DNA of 64,000 nucleotides, taken from Eledone cirrhosa. Lineage: Eukaryota. Both the position numbers and the translations under genes were made by a program. Under the pieces are notes generated by a model. The model was not told the origin of the DNA. It ran no database searches and was given only the letters and a program-made list of their open reading frames with translations. Within the stretch, counting starts at the first letter, position 1. Every line of letters starts with the position of its first letter. The DNA lies in contig OZ024744.1 in NCBI GenBank assembly GCA_964016885.1, positions 98,456,001 through 98,520,000 of the forward strand, read 5' to 3'. Positions 59,602 through 64,000 of this stretch are shown piece by piece.

Positions 59602-60558
59602 ACAACAACATCCCTCACTAGCTATGCTGATGACACTAAGGTAGCACAGGCAATCAAAAACCTGGCTGACGCTGCCCTTTTACAGCAGGATCTGGATGCA
59701 TATACAAATGGGCAGAAGAAAACAACATGCAGTTTAATGCTGGCAAATTCCAAGCCCTACAATACAAACCTGCAAACAAACCAGCAAACACAAAATTGAT
59801 ACAAGACCTGGGCATAGACATGAGCGATGATGGATCTTTTTCTTCACACATCATGAAAGTGGCGAAAATGTGCAGACGACTCGCTGGCTGGATCTTGAGG
59901 ACTTTCCGGACAAGAGATCGAGACACCATGTTGACACTATGGAGGACATTTGTCCTAAGCCGCCTGGACTACTGCTCCAATTGTGGTCACCCCATAGTGT
60001 CAAACTAACCACGGAGCTTGAGGCAATCCAGCGAAGCTACACCAAGAGGATTGCCAAGATGAAGGAGACAAGCTACTGGGAGAGGCTAAAGGAACTGAAC
60101 TTCTACTCCTTGGAGCGAAGACGGGAGAGATACGCAGTGATCTACATGTGGAAAATCCTGGAGGGACTAGCACCAAACTTTGGCATTAGGAGCTGGACCA
60201 ACCGTCGAACAGGACGTCACTGTGTGGTGCCAAAGGTCCCGTCTTCCACATCCAGAATAAGGAGCAGGTATTGCAATAGCCTGGGATTCAAGGGTCCTCA
60301 ACTCTTCAACAGGCTGCCGAGGCATCTGAGAGACTTGCATGACGTGGAGGTGGATGTCTTCAAGAAACATCTCGACATCTTGTTATCCAGGATCCCGGAT
60401 GAGCCCACAGCAAGACACGAGGGAAACCTAAGGGCAGCAGCAACAAACTCCCTCTTACACCAGTGGCCAACCTATACAGGCTGGAGATAAAACGTGTAGC
60501 AACAAGGGCGGTGCCCCAACTTGGCCTCAGCCGGATGGCTGAAACAGGTAAAAGAGTA
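59602..60558 (+). mobile_element. CR1/L2-group LINE family 2, 5'-truncated at YADD, frameshifted
   Basis: SYADDTK, DLGI, LDYCS, SLERRRER, AATNSL; tail TAAAAGAG. Confidence 0.92.
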
Positions 60559-61044
60559 TATATATATATATATATATATATTTGTATATATATTTGTATA
60601 TATATTTGTATATATATTTGTATATATATTTGTATATATATTTGTATAATATATTTGTATATATATTTGTGTATATATATGTATGTATATATATATATGT
60701 ATGTATATATATATATGTATGTATATATATATATGTATGTATATATATATGTATGTATATATATATGTATGTATATATATATGTATGTATATATATATAT
60801 GTGTATATATATATGTGTATATATATATATATATATATGTATGTATATATATATGTATGTATATATTATATTTGTATATATATATGTATGTATATATATA
60901 TTTGTATATATATATGTATGTATATATATATTTGTATATATATATGTATGTATATATATATTTGTATATATATATGTATGTATATATATATTTGTATATA
61001 TATATGTATGTATATATATATTTGTATATATATATGTGTATATA

Positions 61045-61075
<31 letters not shown>

Positions 61076-61166
61076 TTGTATATATGTATGTATATATATA
61101 TATATATATATATTTGTATATATGTATGTATGTATATATATAATTATATATATATTTGTATATATG

Positions 61167-61201
<35 letters not shown>

Positions 61202-61212
61202 ATGTATGTATG

Positions 61213-61247
<35 letters not shown>

Positions 61248-61345
61248 ATATATGTATGTATGTATATATATAATATATATATATATATTTGTATATATAT
61301 ATGTATGTATGTATATATATATATATATATTTGTATATATGTATG

Positions 61346-61380
<35 letters not shown>

Positions 61381-61652
61381 ATATATGTATGTATATATAT
61401 ATATTTGTATGTATGTATGTATATATATATATATTTGTATATATATATGTATGTATATATATATGTATGTATATATATATATTTGTATATATATATGTAT
61501 GTATATATGTATGTATTATATATATGTATGTATATATGTATGTATATATATATTTTGTATATGTATATATGTATGTATATATATATATTTGTATATATAT
61601 ATATGTATGTATTTATGTATGTGTATATATATATATATGTATGTATATATGT
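60559..61652. repeat. Compound (TA)n array with TTTG variant and 30-bp higher-order unit
   Basis: tttgtatatatatatgtatgtatatatata repeated at 60871-61020. Confidence 0.97.
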
Positions 61653-64000
61653 ATCATCATCATCATCATCATCATCAGGTTTAGCGTCCGTGTTCCACGC
61701 TTGCATGGGTTTGGACGGGGGTTTTCCCACTTGAGGCAAGAGTGGTTGTCTTGCTCGCATAGGACTGTCTGGCGGGTTTTCTACAGCTGGATGCCCTTCC
61801 TAACACCAACCACATTTACAGTGTGGGGCTGGGAGGTTTTTACCGTGTTGCCTACACGGCCACATTTACAGCGTGGACTGTGTGTTTTTTTGTCGTGACA
61901 CCTACACGATCTCATTTGTTTCGGCCTGGATGTTGTGGGACCAACATAACTGTACATTGAAAGGGGCGGTGTGGATGGGGTGGAGGTGGTGGGACGGGGG
62001 GGTGTTTTGATAGAGATGCCTACTGACTGTAGTAGGTTTTTACTTTGTATTTAGGTAAGGCGGGTCTTCTCTATTACTGAGTACCGCCAAAGGTCTCGGT
62101 CCAGTGACATTGTCTTGGAGAGGTGTAAGCGTGTGAGGTCGGAATTTATCAGCTCGTCCCATGTTTTTCTGGGTCTGCCTACTCCGTGGCTACCGTCTAT
62201 CATTATTGCCCTGCACTTTGTTATACAGCTGTCGTCTTTCATGCGCATCACGTGACCGTACCAACGTAGCCTTCTCTCGAGTAAACAACATCTGATCCCT
62301 CTTATTTCTAATTTTTTCCTTAGTTCGTTTATGCTTTGCCGTTCACGTATATTACTATTGCACATCCAGCGGAGCATGCAAGCTTCGTCCTCTCTAGTCT
62401 GCGTATATCCTCTGCACACAATGCCCAGGTTTCACTGCCATGCAGCATTGCTGTTCGTATGCAGGCATCGTATAACCTGCCTTTCATTTTTAGGGAGAAC
62501 CCTCTAGCGGCTAATAGTGGTATAAGCTCTCTGAACTTTTTCCATCCAGTTCTGACTCTAGCTACTGTACTTTCAGAGCACCCTCCCCCACTGCTGATTT
62601 TGTCACCCAGGTAACGGAAGCTGTCCACTATTTCTATAGAACCCTCTGCGCAGTTGAAGGAGCTAGTATTTTGTGGGCACTTGCTGCTACTTATTGCACC
62701 AGAGCACCGGCCACATGTAAAATCTATGTTCTTAGTTAGCTTACCTGTGATCCCCACTACATCTTTTATGCACCCATACTTTGCATTTAGGACATAAAAT
62801 GGAGTTTCTACCTACGCCTTTCCTACACACTGAGCATGGCCATTTCCCAGATGGGACTGCCGCCATATTTTCTTTCCTACAAACTAGAACTTTTGTCTTA
62901 GCCAGGTTAATTTTAAGTCCTTTTGATTCTAGGCCGTGCTTCCATGTTTGGAATTTCTTCTCTAGTTCGGTCATTGATTCAGCTATGAGCGTTAGATCAT
63001 CTGCGTATAGGAGTTCCCATGGGCAGCCGGTCTTGAACTCCTCTGTTATAGCCTGAAGGGCAATAATAAATAGTAGGGGACTAAGAACAGAGCCCTGATG
63101 GACACCAACTTTTACGCTAAACTCTTCACTATATTCGTTGTTAATTCTAACGTTACTGACTGTTTCTTTATACATGGCTTGTATAGCTCTCACAAGCCAT
63201 TCGTCAACACCTAGTTTTCTAAGAGACCACCAGATAATGGAACGGGGGACTCTGTCGAAGGCTTTCTCCAAGTCGACGAAAGCTAAGTATAGGGGTTTAC
63301 TTTTAGCTAGGTACTTCTCCTGTAGTTGTCGTACAATGAAAAGAGCGTCTGTGGTACTTTTGCCTGACACAAATCCGAACTGCATTTCATCTAGATCAAT
63401 TCTCTCTCTGATTAGTTGCGCTATTACTTTTTCCGTGACCTTCATGACCTGGTCGATTAATTTAATGCCTCTATAGTTACTCCTATCTAGGGCATCTCCT
63501 TTTCCCTTATAGCAGTTAACGATGATGCTGCTACGCCAGTCCTTCGGAACAACCCCATTCTGTACGACTTGGTTAACTATCCGGGTGACCATGGTGTGTC
63601 CCACCGAACCAGATGCCTTCAGCATCTCAGCAACTATTTCCGAAGGACCAGCCGCCTTACCCGTCTTCATATCTTTGATTGCCTTGCTTATTGTACTACC
63701 CTGGACTAACACTGCTGGTCCCTCTATTGGGGTCGATGTGGGGGGAGACTGTCTTTCTCCCATTTGTTCTCCTCATTTAGAAGCCTTTCGTAGTGACACT
63801 TCCAAGCTACCTTCTTATCAGCGTCGGTGATGGCAGGTATGCCATCATCGTTAAGCACACACTTCTCCCCGACAATATCACGGTTTTCCTTGACACATTG
63901 CCTGGAAATCCTGAACACCTCACGTTTTTGGTCCTCACGTTATAGAACATGCTTGAACTTTCTTTCCTCTGCTTCCCTTCTTGCGAAGTACACTTGTCTC
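61653..64000 (-). mobile_element. RTE family 1 LINE running off the window end, several frameshifts
   Basis: RT, PHD and thumb ORFs 62051-63918; 3'UTR; GAT tail. Confidence 0.95.

Overview
This is eukaryotic, repeat-saturated DNA with no supportable host gene. The repeat mix (RTE LINEs with (GAT)n tails, tRNA-headed SINEs, huge (TA)n arrays) resembles a cephalopod/Octopus genome; this is an inference. About a quarter of the window is kilobase-scale compound (TA)n/(TATG)n microsatellite, which produces all the Tyr/Ile/Met/Cys-rich ORFs (spurious). Nested in or beside these arrays are: (i) RTE-clade LINEs of at least 3 families, including one intact APE-RT ORF (41954-45241) with a C4HC3 PHD-type finger inside the RT region; (ii) two young CR1/L2-group LINE families (7 copies, two forming a ~4.4-kb tail-to-tail palindrome); (iii) a decayed mariner with TIRs and TA flanks; (iv) SINEs, small MITEs, two Penelope-like RT/GIY-YIG relics and a Hero-like RLE-LINE relic. 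The main unannotated signal is a set of minimal type-I hammerhead ribozyme motifs from several unrelated short non-coding elements (Penelope pLTR/retrozyme-like). Four of these elements share one architecture: a head-to-head inversion with both 3' ends running into (TA)n. In three of them the inversion junction falls in hammerhead helix II. One is a 429-bp tandem unit that is a candidate retrozyme. Everything was read by eye; no searches or folding were run.
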